Assembly: GCA_002633005.1 (NCBI GenBank) | Contig: NMRA01000212.1 | Location: forward strand, 547,312 to 611,311 | Origin: Phoronis australis | Lineage: Eukaryota; Animalia; Phoronida | Direction: 5' to 3' | DNA length: 64,000 nt | Translations under genes and position numbers: made by a program | Shown: positions 1-13,810 of the stretch, piece by piece | Layout of the letters: each line of letters begins with the position of its first letter | Position numbering within the stretch: the stretch's first letter is position 1 | Notes under the pieces: model-generated | Seen by the model: only the letters and a program-made list of their open reading frames with translations | The model's database searches: none | What the model was told of the DNA's origin: nothing

Positions 1-285
1 TTGTGTATTTCTACCATTTTTTAAATGGTGAGAAGCCACTAGTTCCAAAACTCTGCAAAGCACGTGCAGTATTTGTCTTGACGTTCACCTATTTCTTTTC
101 ATGTGTTCAGCTACCTGATAGGAATTGAATCTTGAACACTGAAGTCAGCAATATTTTTTTCTGTACTACGCAGATAATATGGAATTTGTTTAGAAAAATA
201 AAGATTGTACCGTTGACAGGTTGTTTACTCAAAAATTTCAAATTTTCAGTAGTACTCTTGGTTGTCCGTTTACAATTTTGATGGA
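1..285 (+). repeat. Diverged duplicate of 39009-39284 (likely 3' end of a paralogous gene upstream of the window)
   Basis: Colinear match, e.g. ttgtgtatttctaccattttttaaatggtgagaagccac and gttgtccgtttacaattttgatgga in both places. Confidence 0.85.
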
Positions 286-3232
286 AATTAGCAGCAGTGC
301 ACCATAGGGGGCTGAGGGGCTATAGCCCCCCACTTTTTTCAATGCTACGCCACACGTGGTCTATAGCCAGTGCAATCTCGTAGTACGAGTGTCCTTAGCT
401 TCTGATTGTCTCTTTTGGTTGTCTTTTTCACCCAACTCTGGCGATTTTTAGTCTTGTCATGCTAGTGGCGTCGCAGCAATTATTTCGTTTCTGCAGTGGT
501 GTTTAATAGCTGCGTGCTTGAAGCACAAACATATACAATAAACACATATCTGGCCGATTTAACCGGTGTGGTGTTATTCATACTATATGAATATAGGACA
601 GTATCATAAACAAAAATCATTGACAATAGAAAGATGCATTCTGAAAAGGCGCACCACAATTTCTACTAGGATTCACAATTCCTGAACATAAAGTTTAGCA
701 CCGATTTGTCTGTGCAACAGACCTCATTTACACTTCAGTCCATCATCAGTCATGCCAGCATAGACTCAGTATGATGCCAGTTTGTTTGCATAAAGCGCTG
801 CCTGTTGAGAATTGGACTAGCCAATCAGAAATGCCGGTGTAAAAAAAATTCCCGAGGAAAATTAAGTGATACCTTCGTGCTTCGCTGGTTCCCTGTAAGT
901 TGTGAGCTATTCTACAGATTAGCAAGTGACTTGTAACTGTTCTGGTGAGTGGGAGAGTGGGATTGAGCCCTATACTGACTGGCATGTCTAAGAAATAATG
1001 GAATGTTCTAAAATTGTATTACGATTTTGTGGTAGTGATGAATTGCCTTGCTTTCTTCTTCTCACTTGTGTAACACCCACTGCACAAAACAATTGTCTGC
1101 ATTGCCAGTAACCTCATGCATTGAATAGGGAACACATGCGAAATTGTTGGGTGGAGATGAAACCAGCAGTGAGCTAGGAGCAACATGTTTGTCAATGGTC
1201 AGTGGAGCAACCAAAATGTGTGACGATGGGAGGGGCTCAACACCCATCCATGTGGCATACCCCATTGGTTTTTACCTGTTTAGCACTCCTCCCATGTAAC
1301 CCCCCTGGGAGGGGGTCAACACCCATTTGGTGCCCACCTGCCGGTTTTTGCCTGGTACCCCCTTAGCTGGCACCTGGGGGGAATTCCCCTCTGAACCCCC
1401 AGGGGCAATCATTCAAATTATGTAGTCCATGGAGGTATGAACTGTTATAAAGGAACGATAATTGCCGTGTTAACATGAAACAAAACCATGATGAATTTTG
1501 AAGGGAGCAATTCAACAGAATAAAAACAAATACACTTTAATATTGATTAAAATACACATTTTCTTTCTCATTCTATTGTAAGTGGATGTTAGTTTATGTA
1601 TTCTAACCATTTTCAATCACACAATAATTTTATTGCACGTTGAATGTCATAAAAGTATGAATTTATGAGCGTTTACATTGTTCGGACTGCGCGCCAAACT
1701 AAGTGTTGATTATTCACCGCTTGGACCGCTAGTGTTTCGACCAGTAACCATTGCGACGAATGGTAAAATGGCGGAGTGAACTCTATACTCGTACACTCCA
1801 TGATTTAACTCTTAACTTGATAATAAGAGGCCTACTTGTTTATGGTCCACAGCGTTTGCGCGCGAAACCTCCTTCTTTTTGTAATGCTTATTACATGTTT
1901 TATAATTTGTGCAATCAGTTCGTAACAAATTTGTTGCATTTAAAATAGTCTTCAATTGCCTAAAAGACCAAATCCGTTTTTTGTGTTGGCAGTAATGACG
2001 CGATTGCTTTGAAAATCGTTTTAAGTTAAGGTTTGACAAAGAGAGAATTATGAGTTTCTGAGTGATTCACTAAGGCTTCGATTAAAATTGAAATCTTACC
2101 AGCAGCTTCTGGGTTTTCATCATCACTCACTATGAGATTCCATTTTCTTTAAAAAATGAAGTAAATTTTCTTCATTGCACAGTGACTTGTGGAGCAGACG
2201 ACGGAAACGGAGCCGTAGTGCTCAGCGCCACTGCCGGTGGCCTGAGATATCGCGGGAGAGCCTATATTTAGCCATAGTTCCGTTACGATTGCGCCGTGTT
2301 CCGAATTTAACACTAAAACTGCACACATTTAAATTTTGTTTCAGCTGTATAATTTTAATTACCGGGCTTAATTCATAAACTCAACATTTCCCTACGCTCT
2401 TGCCTGTTTTATTTTTTGGCGGCTGCCAAGAGGGGAGGGGGCCGGGCCCCCTGGGCACCCCCCCCCTAAATCCGCCTGTCACTAAGCACGCGGCTATAAT
2501 TGATCATCACTGCAGAAACGAAATATAGTTGCATGGCTAAAAATCGTTCACAGTCCAATTTTTAACGGTGTTGTATAGCTAATTCCAATGACTGCTGACT
2601 AGGCCTACTGAAGCGCGTGACACTGCGTGATACCTGCGTGCTGCTGGGCTAGGCACGGAATGAACCAGCGAGTACATGTTGATAAAGGTTTCAGGCCCGT
2701 AGCCACCATCGATGATTGCGCGGGGGTGGTTCGAGTAGAAAGGTGGTCCTTTTTCAAACGTCGACACTCGAGTTTTGGTAAGGCGCTTGAAGCTTAATTA
2801 TGGGGAAAGGAAATCTGTACTTATGGCAACGATGGCTCTCAGTTCCAATGAGCTATATACATAGAGGCGACATCACTATACTCGCAAGCCAGACAACGCG
2901 TCACGCCGCGGGTCCGCCATATTGATGATGAACGCTATGCAAACAGAAGCACGGTGGCCTTATGCCAGTTACGGAAGGAGCCAGTGAATTTTCAGAATAA
3001 AATTTTAAATTTTAATTAAGCAATGTAAACCGGACCCACGGATTGCTTAAACGGTCGTGTGAAAGTTTGGCAGGAGGTAACGCGAGAACGTTAGGCTTAT
3101 ATTTATGATCATACGTCCCGAATCATTGGGTATATGGTAGTTCGTGCGTCTTAAGCTCGTTACCAGAGATGAAACTAAGACCTGGGTAGGCGATATAGGT
3201 TATTTATTATGTCTAATACAATTACAAGTAAG

Positions 3233-4948
3233 CAGTGGTGGATCTACGGGGGGTTCAGGGGGTTTAAACCCCCCCCCCCTCGGGCCAGGACCCAAAGATT
3301 AAAAACAAAAGCGTATCCAGCAAAACAAAAACGGCACCACCAGCGTGTGTAAACCCCAAGTAAACCAATTTGGAAAAAAATTGAGGGGGGTTCACTCTGA
3401 AAATATAGTTTTTTGCATTGTGAATTGCTGAGTCTTTGTGGCTCATCGGCAAAACGCGCGTGGATTAATTGTGCGCGCGCTTCCGTCGACACTTCTGAAG
3501 TATCCAAGCATTTTAGATGGATTCACCGCTGAAAGAGCAATTCTATAACTGATTTCTTTTGGTAACTAGCTTCTTTACTCCAAGATATATTTTGATTTGA
3601 TTAGGGGAAATACTGCGGTGCCGCAACCCTGATATTCAGGCGAATTGACGTGCAACGTTTTTACCTCATCTGTCATGCCGTGTCGTTCTATTACACTCCA
3701 CACGTTTGTAACTGATGTATAGTAAAGTTGTCTTGNNNNNNNNNNNNNNNNNNNNNNNNNNNNNNNNNNNNNNNNNNNNNNNNNNNNNNNNNNNNNNNNN
3801 NNNNNNNNNNNNNNNNNNNNNNNNNNNNNNNNNNNNNNNNNNNNNNNNNNNNNNNNNNNNNNNNNNNNNNNNNNNNNNNNNNNNNNNNNNNNNNNNNNNN
3901 NNNNNNNNNNNNNNNNNNNNNNNNNNNNNNNNNNNNNNNNNNNNNNNNNNNNNNNNNNNNNNNNNNNNNNNNNNNNNNNNNNNNNNNNNNNNNNNNNNNN
4001 NNNNNNNNNNNNNNNNNNNNNNNNNNNNNNNNNNNNNNNNNNNNNNNNNNNNNNNNNNNNNNNNNNNNNNNNNNNNNNNNNNNNNNNNNNNNNNNNNNNN
4101 NNNNNNNNNNNNNNNNNNNNNNNNNNNNNNNNNNNNNNNNNNNNNNNNNNNNNNNNNNNNNNNNNNNNNNNNNNNNNNNNNNNNNNNNNNNNNNNNNNNN
4201 NNNNNNNNNNNNNNNNNNNNNNNNNNNNNNNNNNNNNNNNNNNNNNNNNNNNNNNNNNNNNGATAGATTTGACGTTTTTCAATTGTTGTCAACGTGATTC
4301 AGCTTAATAAAGTGATACCTAATTATTTATTGTCGCTTTTAATAATAGACTATGAGTTGAGAACACCATCGTTCGCCAGTTTTTCTCGTAACGAGACAGA
4401 ACGCATGTTTATTTCCGGACTAACAGTACAGGTCTTCGTTCTTAAACAACTTGAGGCTGCTGTTACGCGATCATCTGATATTCAAAATTTTACGCCCCCG
4501 GCCGTCGGTGCTCCTTAATTATGCTCTTGAATATTTGGAAATTGTCTAAACCCCTGTATACACACCACACTTTTTCGTATACGACTTTTTGTATGCTAAA
4601 AAACGTGTGTGTAAGCAGATGTTCCAACAAAAATTTTTGCTGGTGGCGTGACTCATACCCAAATGTGCACAATATGGTTTCACGAAACTTATGAGCCAAG
4701 TTCAAGTGACGAAATCGAGAAGGGTTTTTAATTATCTTAAGAAAAACTCCAGAGACATGTTAAGTGCCAGAAACTTACCAGGATGCATGGAAATTTCACT
4801 ATTTGGCTACAAAAACAAAAAAAAAAATATCTTACACGGGAGGGGAAACCCCCCTGCCGACCTCTCCCCGCTCGGCGCCACGCGCCTAGCATTCGACCTT
4901 GGCGAGAATCCTAAACCCCCCCTTGTTGAAAACGTAGATCCGCCACTG
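3233..4948. mobile_element. CAGTGG...CCACTG TIR element spanning an assembly gap
   Basis: TIRs cagtggtggatctacg / cgtagatccgccactg; 5-bp direct flanks GTAAG. Confidence 0.65.
3736..4261. other. Assembly gap
   Basis: Run of N. Confidence 1.
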
Positions 4949-6553
4949 GTAAGGTCATTTATATGACACATACAATTATAAGTAAGGTAGTTGTATGACT
5001 AATACAATACCAGTAATCATGATAGTTAGTGACTAAACATGAGTAAGGTAAAAAATACTTATCTCTGGAAAGATGGGTAAATAAAAAGCGCCACAAGAGA
5101 TGTCGTAAGACATCTCATGCCCATCCGCAGGGACGCACGAAGGGAGAGGAAGAGAATTGAAGGGTGTGTAGGACTACGTACAAGTCAGCCGGCGGATACC
5201 CAACCCTAACTTTCTGGGTGCCAAGCCGGAGGGGGGAGGGGTACGATTGCCCGTGGCTGGAACAGGTGCCAGGTGTTGTCTCACCCTGTGTCATGGCAGG
5301 ATAACGGATACGGAAAAAACGAGACGATAGAAACGAGACTAAAACCGTAGTGAATTTATGAACAAAAGTAAAGCAGCTAACAAACGCGAAGATGGAGGGG
5401 CAGAGGAAAAATTAAAACTAAACAAAATAAAAAAGATAGATAATGGTCGAACAAAATGGATAACAAAAAAGTGTTTTACTAAGTGGGCAAACAAACCACG
5501 GGACTAGAAGAGGTAGAGTAACTGAAGTAAACAAATGATACAAGTAATCTAACAAAATGGCTGGCTAGCTAACAAAAAGTAAGACTAAGTGAGCTAACAA
5601 ACCACGTGACTAGAAGAGGTAGAGTAACCAATTGAGTAATAACAGGAAGAGTTATCTCTTCCTGGTAATAAGTAGACAAATGATACAAGTGATCCAACAA
5701 AATGGCTAACAATATTGAGGAGCAGCCGGGAGTTTGACTAATAAGGATGGGATCACATTGCGTCCGAATTTGAGTCTCCTTTTTGCGAGCAACCGTCACA
5801 ACATCCTCATTTCTGGTATTACAAATTCCGTCCTCTGTGGAGCAGTGAACCGTGAGATAAATTTAACTAGAGTTGAAGTCACGTGGTTTTCGTTGAGCGG
5901 AGAGGTCCGCCATCTTACTAATCGGTGATAACCATGTTAGTCAAGATGCGTGTGTACTGTATAGTATTTAGGAACCAATATTGCTAACAACACCAGAATT
6001 CAAGTAAAAACTCATAGTTTTAATGGTAGGATCATTATGTGCAAACTAGGGTTTCTAGAAAATCAACCAAGAAAATCATTGCATACTTGAGCATGTAGCC
6101 GGGTTTTAACACTTATATTTAGTTATAGCAGAAAACATGAAAAGTATCAGTTTGATTTCCACTGTAAAGATTAGACCCAAAATCAATGATACAATTTTTG
6201 GTTTTTCGAGGTTTAAAAATTGAAATTGAAACAAAATGATTTTTGGGTGAGAACCCGATCGCAGAAACAATATTGTTCAACTTTATTTAGTCCCTAGAAT
6301 TAACACCCCGATGTTTCATGGTCTTTGACTTGACTTTCCTTTTAAGTCCGATATGTCTTTAAGGGTTTAGTGACCAAGATCTTCTGTTGTTTTTTAGCAA
6401 CGAAGAAACATAGAAAGTGACTACAAGTTTAATAGCTGTACATTTTTACAGAGTGTACACAATTCGAAGATTAATCAATATAGTCAGGAATAGGGAAGGA
6501 TCGGAGGAAAGGATACCCCTGCTACACCCCACAATGTTATATTGGGACAGTAG

Positions 6554-6740
6554 CAGGGGCGGATCCAGGATTTTTAGTTACGGGGGGCCAGGGCAGGGTA
6601 TAGCCAGGATTTTGCTCGTCAGATATTCGCACCCCCCAATTGCCAAATGGAGTCGGGGAGAGTTTTAGGGGGGCATGGCCCCCTTGGCCCCCTCTAAATC
6701 CGCCACTGATCACCCCCGCTCAAAGCTGGCTACGGGCCTG
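6554..6740. mobile_element. Composite GC-rich MITE remnant
   Basis: caggggcggatccagg, aaatccgccactg and ctggctacgggcctg termini; flanks agtag/aatag. Confidence 0.55.
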
Positions 6741-6839
6741 AATAGGATATATGAATTTGAGTTGAGAGAGAGTGGCGTCTAATAAGAAGTCGCACCTATG
6801 AATGCTACTGCCCCACGGCTCAGTGGAAATGTCTGTAAG

Positions 6840-8010
6840 ACCTTTTGTTGCATGCAGAATGTTACTCGACATTGTTCAAATGGTATAACGGTTACCTCAG
6901 TGGCGGATAATTCTGGCCCAACTCAGATATTTAGTCGTGTGTGGTAGAGCTAACCCACTGTTAGACTTGTATCGCAGTGTTTATTCATGAAACATACGTA
7001 GATCTGCAACTGGTTTCATGCGGTTACCTCTTGGGTTGATTTACCTCAAATTTCAGCCCTTTCTTTAGTCGTCTGGCAGGGGCACCACACCGCTGAAATT
7101 GTCTGGCATCTTAGTTATGCCATGTGCAGTGATGCTGAGCATCGTACAACTGGTTTCAAACGGTTACCTAGTGGTGTTGATCTAGCTCAACTCGGGTATT
7201 TGGGTGTGTCTCATGGTAGAGCTAACCCACCACTAGATTTGTCTAGCAGTGTTTATTCGTGATGCCTGGGCTTACGGTGAATATTTTGCAACTGGTTTTA
7301 AGCGGTTACCTTTTGGGTTGATCTAGCTCAATTTTTAACTCTTTTTGATAATCGTCTGGCAGGGGCAACCCACCCTCGGCGGAAATTGTGTGGCACCTAT
7401 AACTGTTATGCCATGTACAGTGATGCTGAACATCGTGCAATTGGTTTCAAACGGTTACCTGGTGGGTGAATCTAGCTCAACTCGGGTATTTAGGCGTGTC
7501 TGGCGGGGTTAACCCAGTGGCGGATCCAGGATCGATGGGGGGGGGGCCCGATGTTGCCTCGGGGAATTGGGCAAAGCGTGATTGTATGTGCACAGGAGGC
7601 CCGAAAGTTGCGGGCGCCGGGTATGTGGACCTTCTGCTGCAGAAACTATCGGTAGACTAAAAAAAAAACGGGAACGCGATTTCCGCCGCTACAGCTAGAC
7701 CTACTTTCTGAACTCAATATTTCCTCAGGCCACTGTAGCTGTTTCATTTCAGTGGCTTATGCGGCAGCCAAGGGGGCCCCCCTAAATCCGCCTATATATA
7801 CTATGTAACCCACCACTAGATTAATTATTTGTCTGGCAGTCTTGTTCGGCGTGATACCTGGGCTCACGGTGCCGAATATTTTGCATCTGTGGTTTCGTGC
7901 GGTTACCTCTTGGATTGATCTAGCTCAATTGTTTACTGACCTTGTTTATAAGCGTCTGGCTGTTACTCCCCACCTGACTGAAATTGTCTAGCAGTGATCA
8001 ATTTTGATAC
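6840..8010. repeat. Degenerate ~140-bp tandem repeat, about six units, interrupted by a MITE
   Basis: cggttacct...tgatctagctcaa recurs near 6890, 7021, 7161, 7303, 7452 and 7900. Confidence 0.8.
7515..7805. mobile_element. MITE with 5-bp TSD inserted in a tandem array
   Basis: TAACC|cagtggcggatcc...ctatg|TAACC; body homologous to 13811-14106. Confidence 0.75.
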
Positions 8011-10294
8011 AGTGGATTACGTAGTATAGGTATCGAATGCACATACCGTGAATAATACACTTACAAGGAAGTCACGCATTTCTAAAAATAGGCGGGAATT
8101 TTCACCGCTCGTCCTTCTGAGCGGCTTTTACCAGGATCAAAGAGAGCGCGGCGCCAAAGTCGGGTATAGTTGTGATGCGAGCAAGCTAAACCCAAATAAG
8201 TGTAATATTACCAGACCATAAACTGCATTAAACATCTCTGAATGGCGAATTTTCAAAATGCGTTACCACTAATTTTCGTTAAAAACGAACACCACGGCGG
8301 TATTCAGCTGGAAAAAACAACCAAGTACGGTTTTCGATTTTTAAAAAATCGATGAACATCTAAAAACTACAACCATTGGGTACGATTGAAGATAAACTAC
8401 CGCGCTTATTGATATACTCAGTGGATGTACAAACGCTGATCAGAGTTAACAATATCAAGATGGATTCAATCTTGTTTAACCAGATTTTTGACCAGGAACA
8501 GTTGTACTTAACTTGTGCCCACTTTTCATTTTTTATTAGGCCTACTGACAAAGATCTAGAATTGTTATATAGCCTGACCTAGCCTAATCAGTGCCACCGA
8601 AATTGTACAGAGATTCTAAATCTTCAGTTTTGTTGTCACCATATTTGCACTTTTGTGTATGTTTTATGATTTGAGTTCTAATAAAAATTAAACTTTAATG
8701 ACACGTGAAATCAGTTTTAGTGCACCTATGTGGAAAGTTCAGGGATGGGATCACCGAACTTAACTAAGTAAGTTTCGCTGGCGATCAAAATCTGTTTTGG
8801 TACTTCAAGTTTAAAACTTAGATAAAAAGTAATCAATCCGTTTCCGACAAGAAAAAAAACGAGTGGGCAGAAGCATAAAAAATTACGAAAACCTATATGA
8901 AACATATCGTTCCTTTTGGGAAGTGACCCTTTGTGAAGGTAAACACAAGTTAACCTTTTTAGTCATTTTGTAATATTGATAATGTACCAAGTTAAAACTA
9001 CTCTCCAGAGTTGCAGGCTGCCGCAATGCAATGTCAGTCGAGCAGAAAAGCAAATTGTCTGGGCAAATAACAACCATTGTTAAGACAGTTAATGCATGCT
9101 CAGTAGCTATTTCGACTTCATTAGCTCAGATCTACATCAATACAAAGGGCGTGCTGAATAGGCATTGTTGAAGATGGCGGGGCTAATCTGAGCGGTGACT
9201 GGTGTAAGCGAGAAATTATCCACACGAACTAGTTTGAAGTGGCCAGTTGATCCTCATAGCTCAATTTTAAGTTTGCCGAGCACCATTCTCTTGGCGCCCC
9301 TGACTACACCCACCAGAGCGAATCTGCCAGACGGCCCTTTCCATGAGAATAGCCACAGACCACTGTGGTACCAAATAAAATTAGTTACCTTTTCATCATG
9401 CCCAAAAAAGCTCTGTGAGATCCCGGTCTATTATAGCCAGACCATTTCGTAACCTTCCGTAATGAACCGGCAATTGCCGTCCATAAGCCGTAGGCCTACC
9501 ATAGACTTGACCTCGCGTGAAGCATATTGGGAAGATATTTGTGCTTTAACCGCGAATTTGTTGCGAACTCGGTCGTCAGGACGCCGTAATTTTGGTATTG
9601 GGAGAAAGAACGATTCCTTATGGTTTGTTGAGCCCCTGTTTTGTTTAGATTTATAGAGTTTTGTGTTTTCTATGGACGGCTAAGTGAAGCACCCGTGGAA
9701 TTTAAAGTCCAGAGCGTCACTACCTTGCAGTATTCTACTTGTAGTAAATGTCGACGTCAGTCTCGGCTGTGGCGTCTCTATGTTGTGATGTTCTTTTCTT
9801 GACGTAACGTCGTTGTACTTCAACTTGGAATCCTGCTTATCTCAAGAATAAGCGGAAGTGAGTGTTTTGTGAACTTGGAATTCCAAGATCAAGCAAGTGA
9901 TCTTGAGATTAAGCAATTACTCAATCCAAACCCCGTACGTGAACTTGGAATAAAGCGTCTGCCTGGCACACAATCACAGAACAAGGCGCTTGGGCTGAAA
10001 TCGTTACTGAACCGGTAGGCTACGAAGAGTAAAGATTTCTAAAAAATCTAGATCAAGCTAACGTGGCCTGGTCATGAATACTGGTTATAGTACCGAGGGA
10101 CTGGAATAAAAAATCATTTAAGGACTGTATTGTGATTACATGTCCCTCAGTAATGCACAGGGCATTCAAGGTCATAGCCCTACAGTACGGTCGTCATTTG
10201 AGTCGTATTATTTCTGTGTTGCTGCCTATTCCAATGTAAATATAAAGCTGGATGTTTGAAATTAGTGCCTGGTTGACGTTTGATCAAAGGGTAA

Positions 10295-11145
10295 ATTAAA
10301 CATTCTCTAACTGGCTGCAATACATTTTAAATGTTTTTTTTCTAGTACCTTTAGAGCACTTCTGAGTGCGTTCGCAGTTCTTTCTACCTAATTCCGAGTT
10401 TAAGCAAGCCACACTGGTTGCTTAAACTTGGAATAATTCAATTTCTTTTCTAAAAAATTCGCGATGTGAACCAAATCTTTTCTTAATGATTGCAATACAA
10501 TGTAAATGCATTTTCTATTACTTTCGAAACACCTAGGAATGCATTCACAGTTGTTTTCTACCGTGCCCAATTCCAAGTTTAAGCAAAGGCGTGGCTTGCT
10601 TACACTTGGAATAACTCAATTTCTGCTTCACAAAAACTCATGTGGTGAACCAAACATTCTCTGACTGGTTGCAAAACATTTTAAATGCTTTTTTCTATTA
10701 CCTTTAGAATACTTCTGAGCGCATTCCAGTTTTTTAACTAACCCCGTAAATTCGACCTTTAAGCAAGATACGCCCTTGCTTTAACTTGGAATAATTCAAT
10801 TTCTGCTTTACAAAAAATCCCATAGTGAACCAAACATTCGGTAACTGGTTGCAAGACATTTTAAATGCATTTTCTAATAACTTTGGAACACTTCTGAGTG
10901 CATTCGCAGTTTTTTCTACCCAATTCCAAGTTTAAGCAAGGGCGGGACTCGCTTAAACTTGGAATAACTCAGTTTCCGCCTTACAAAAAATCACGTGGTT
11001 AACCAAACATTCTTTCACTGGTTCCAATTATACATTGTAAATGCATTTTCTATTACTTTTGAAACACCCCTGAATGCATTTCGTAGTTTTTTGTACCCAA
11101 TTCAAAGTTTAAGTAAGCCACTCCCTTGCTTAAACTTGGAATGAT
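10295..11145. repeat. ~178-bp tandem repeat, five units, each with a ~43-bp palindrome
   Basis: aaccaaa at 10469, 10648, 10828, 11001; ttccaagtttaagcaag-N7-cttgcttaaacttggaa in each unit; decayed extra unit near 11390-11550. Confidence 0.9.
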
Positions 11146-13810
11146 TATTTATTAGATTGTTGGATAGATTTTACATTGCGTTTTATAATTGTATCACCGA
11201 TTCTTATTATTTACTGTTTGCCAGTGTAGTAAAAAATTCTCCATGCCTTTTTGTATGGCACCTAGTTGTTCAAACTCTGTGCGAAAAAGGTGTCGTCCAA
11301 GAGGGCGGACATAGGACACCATCCATTGTCCTTGCCTTGGTACAAAGCTGTGTGCTAAATTAATTCAGAACAAAATACTGTTCCCTTTAATGAGCAAACT
11401 TGGAATCAATGTCTTTTCATTTAACAAAAAACTAAGTAGTGAAGCAAGCTTTCTCTCGCAGATTACAATAAACTGTAAACGCAATTCCTGTTCTTGAGAC
11501 TACTCTAACACATTAGCAATCGTCTTCTACATAATTTCAAATTTAACCAGTACTTAAATCAGTATGGGGTTTCACATTTTCTATTAAATAAAAAAATTAA
11601 TACCTTTAATGAGATACTTTCATAGACAAAAATGAAATCCTCGAGTTGGGCCCATTCTTTTTGGAAAGCTCAGGGGATCACGGAAAACATATTCTCCATG
11701 TTAGTGCAGGTGGACCGTAGTCTCTGGAGGTGATGTATGTGTCAACAAAAATTGTGGATAGTTTTTAAAGATATTTAAGAATAAGAATGTAACTTTGCTT
11801 TTAACAATATCTGCATGGACAGGTCTAAGTTTTTATTTTTTTCCAACTTACCACCAAATTATAATTCAACATAAAACATACTCTGTAAAGGTACAAAGGC
11901 TGGCATACAGTATTTTTCAAACTAAACTACACAATGTCGTAATTTGACAAGGCTAATAAAATATTTGTTTCTTTTCCAATAGAATCCAATTCAATTCTAG
12001 CTAAATCTCAACAAAAACAACTTATTGTGCAAGACCAGTCACAAACAAAAAATTAAGGACTAGACACAATGTCAACATTCAACTCTGACAAAAGTTCGAC
12101 TACGTAAACTGACAAATTATTCTGGTAAGAAGTTTATCCAAATTTGGCAGTCTTGGAGACTTCTGTTGAAGTCTGTCAATTTGTTGGCATCAGGTGATAC
12201 ATAGTTACATCTAAAATGCTCCACCAAGGTTTGAACCCAGGACTTTCTGCTAAACCGTTAGCCAACACTTGATGTGATCAACATATGGCGTATGTGAAGA
12301 CCAACACTTATACGACATCATTCGCTGCGCAGTAAAAGAAAAGTGTTCAAGCATCAGGTTAAGGTTATGGGAGATCCTAGACAAATGTCTAAACTTGTTA
12401 AAGCAGAAAACATATCTTGCAAATGGCTGATAGGATTCCAATAAAAACTTTCAGATCCTAAATGTACTTTATGCACTGTTCCCCATCAGGCTTTTAAAGA
12501 TTGTCTTTTGACTGATCTACTTTGGCATGGGAGGGCTAGCAAAAACAGGGACTTTCAATAATTTCATGAAAAACTCAAACATTGATTAAAACAAAAAGGG
12601 TTACTAAAAACAGAATCGGCATTTTTCAGATTCCATCTTGAACATTTATATAAAAAGAAAATTGGTCATGTTATCGACTCCACTGTTTTGTTATGAAAAT
12701 GCATTCCTTTTTCCGGAATCTTATTAAAAATATGGTCAAGGGACCCAGTTAATGGCACATTGATATATTAAGTCATTATATACAGACTCTCTACTTTCAT
12801 GAATTAAAGTAGTGTTTTAGAAAGTTAAATTCCAAAGTTTGTAGATATTTGTCAGTAAGGTGCCACATAACCTTATGTCTGGACATTAAATTTTGGGTTA
12901 CTCATGTTGTTTCATTACATTGACATCTGATTGACTTCTGTCCTCCGATTGTCTGGAACACAGTTTGATAATTTTGACCCACCACCCTGTGGAATAACAC
13001 TTCTCATTTACGCCACCAGGATGTCACGCAACTAGCAATGTGACCAATCAGATACCATAAAAATCATAAACCCTGACAACAAAGTAAGCAGACTATGTCG
13101 GTACATCAAACTTAGCATTAAAGAAGCATCAGTAGCCATTTAACAAAAGAAATATAGACTGATCTATCGGGCAGATTAGGTTACATAGACCTGAGAGGAA
13201 CATATGCTGCATATAAGGTGATTCATTGGCAAGCAGCTTCAAATGCTGTGACAGCAATGAAATGGGGTCCTCCAACTTTGGCTAATCTGTTAACCTACAG
13301 ACAGGGCACAGTAGCACGAATGGTAATCACCGATTCTGTGTAAGCGATAAAGATGTTCAGTAACATGTGCTGCCAATGAGACAAGTTGTGTGTCCCTGAT
13401 TTACTAGCTTGAACGTGCTGCGTCAGTTGAGTGGGACTCTTCCTCTTATCCGTGACTTTCTGGAAGACAGGAAGCTGCTTGGAACCTGTTTAAAATAAAT
13501 AGAATAGTTTAAATTCCTTTTATGCAAACACGATAATACTACATACAAAACTCAATCAAAAATATGCATTACAGACAAAATTGTTTTCATGCTGATGTGC
13601 ATAATACCTGTGACAAATACATATACAATGAGTTTTGAAAAGTGAACAAGGATCCAGATTTATTGTCAGTAGTTGAATATTGGATCTATAAGAAAATCAA
13701 GTAAATGGAAAATCTATTATTCTCTGTTTCCACATTTTGATGATCATAATTTATTTTTCAGCAGATTCAAACAAGATGACTCATCGCATTCAAGTATTTT
13801 ATGTACTATA

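Noticed and set aside
3575-4297. Long ORFs crossing N runs (also 19849-20379)
   Set aside because: Artefacts of assembly gaps.
10295-11145. CRISPR array
   Set aside because: Sequence between palindromes is homologous between units rather than unique spacers; eukaryotic context; no cas genes.
11800-12750. Possible old L1/Tx1-type remnant
   Set aside because: Composition is suggestive but I could not recover diagnostic motifs.
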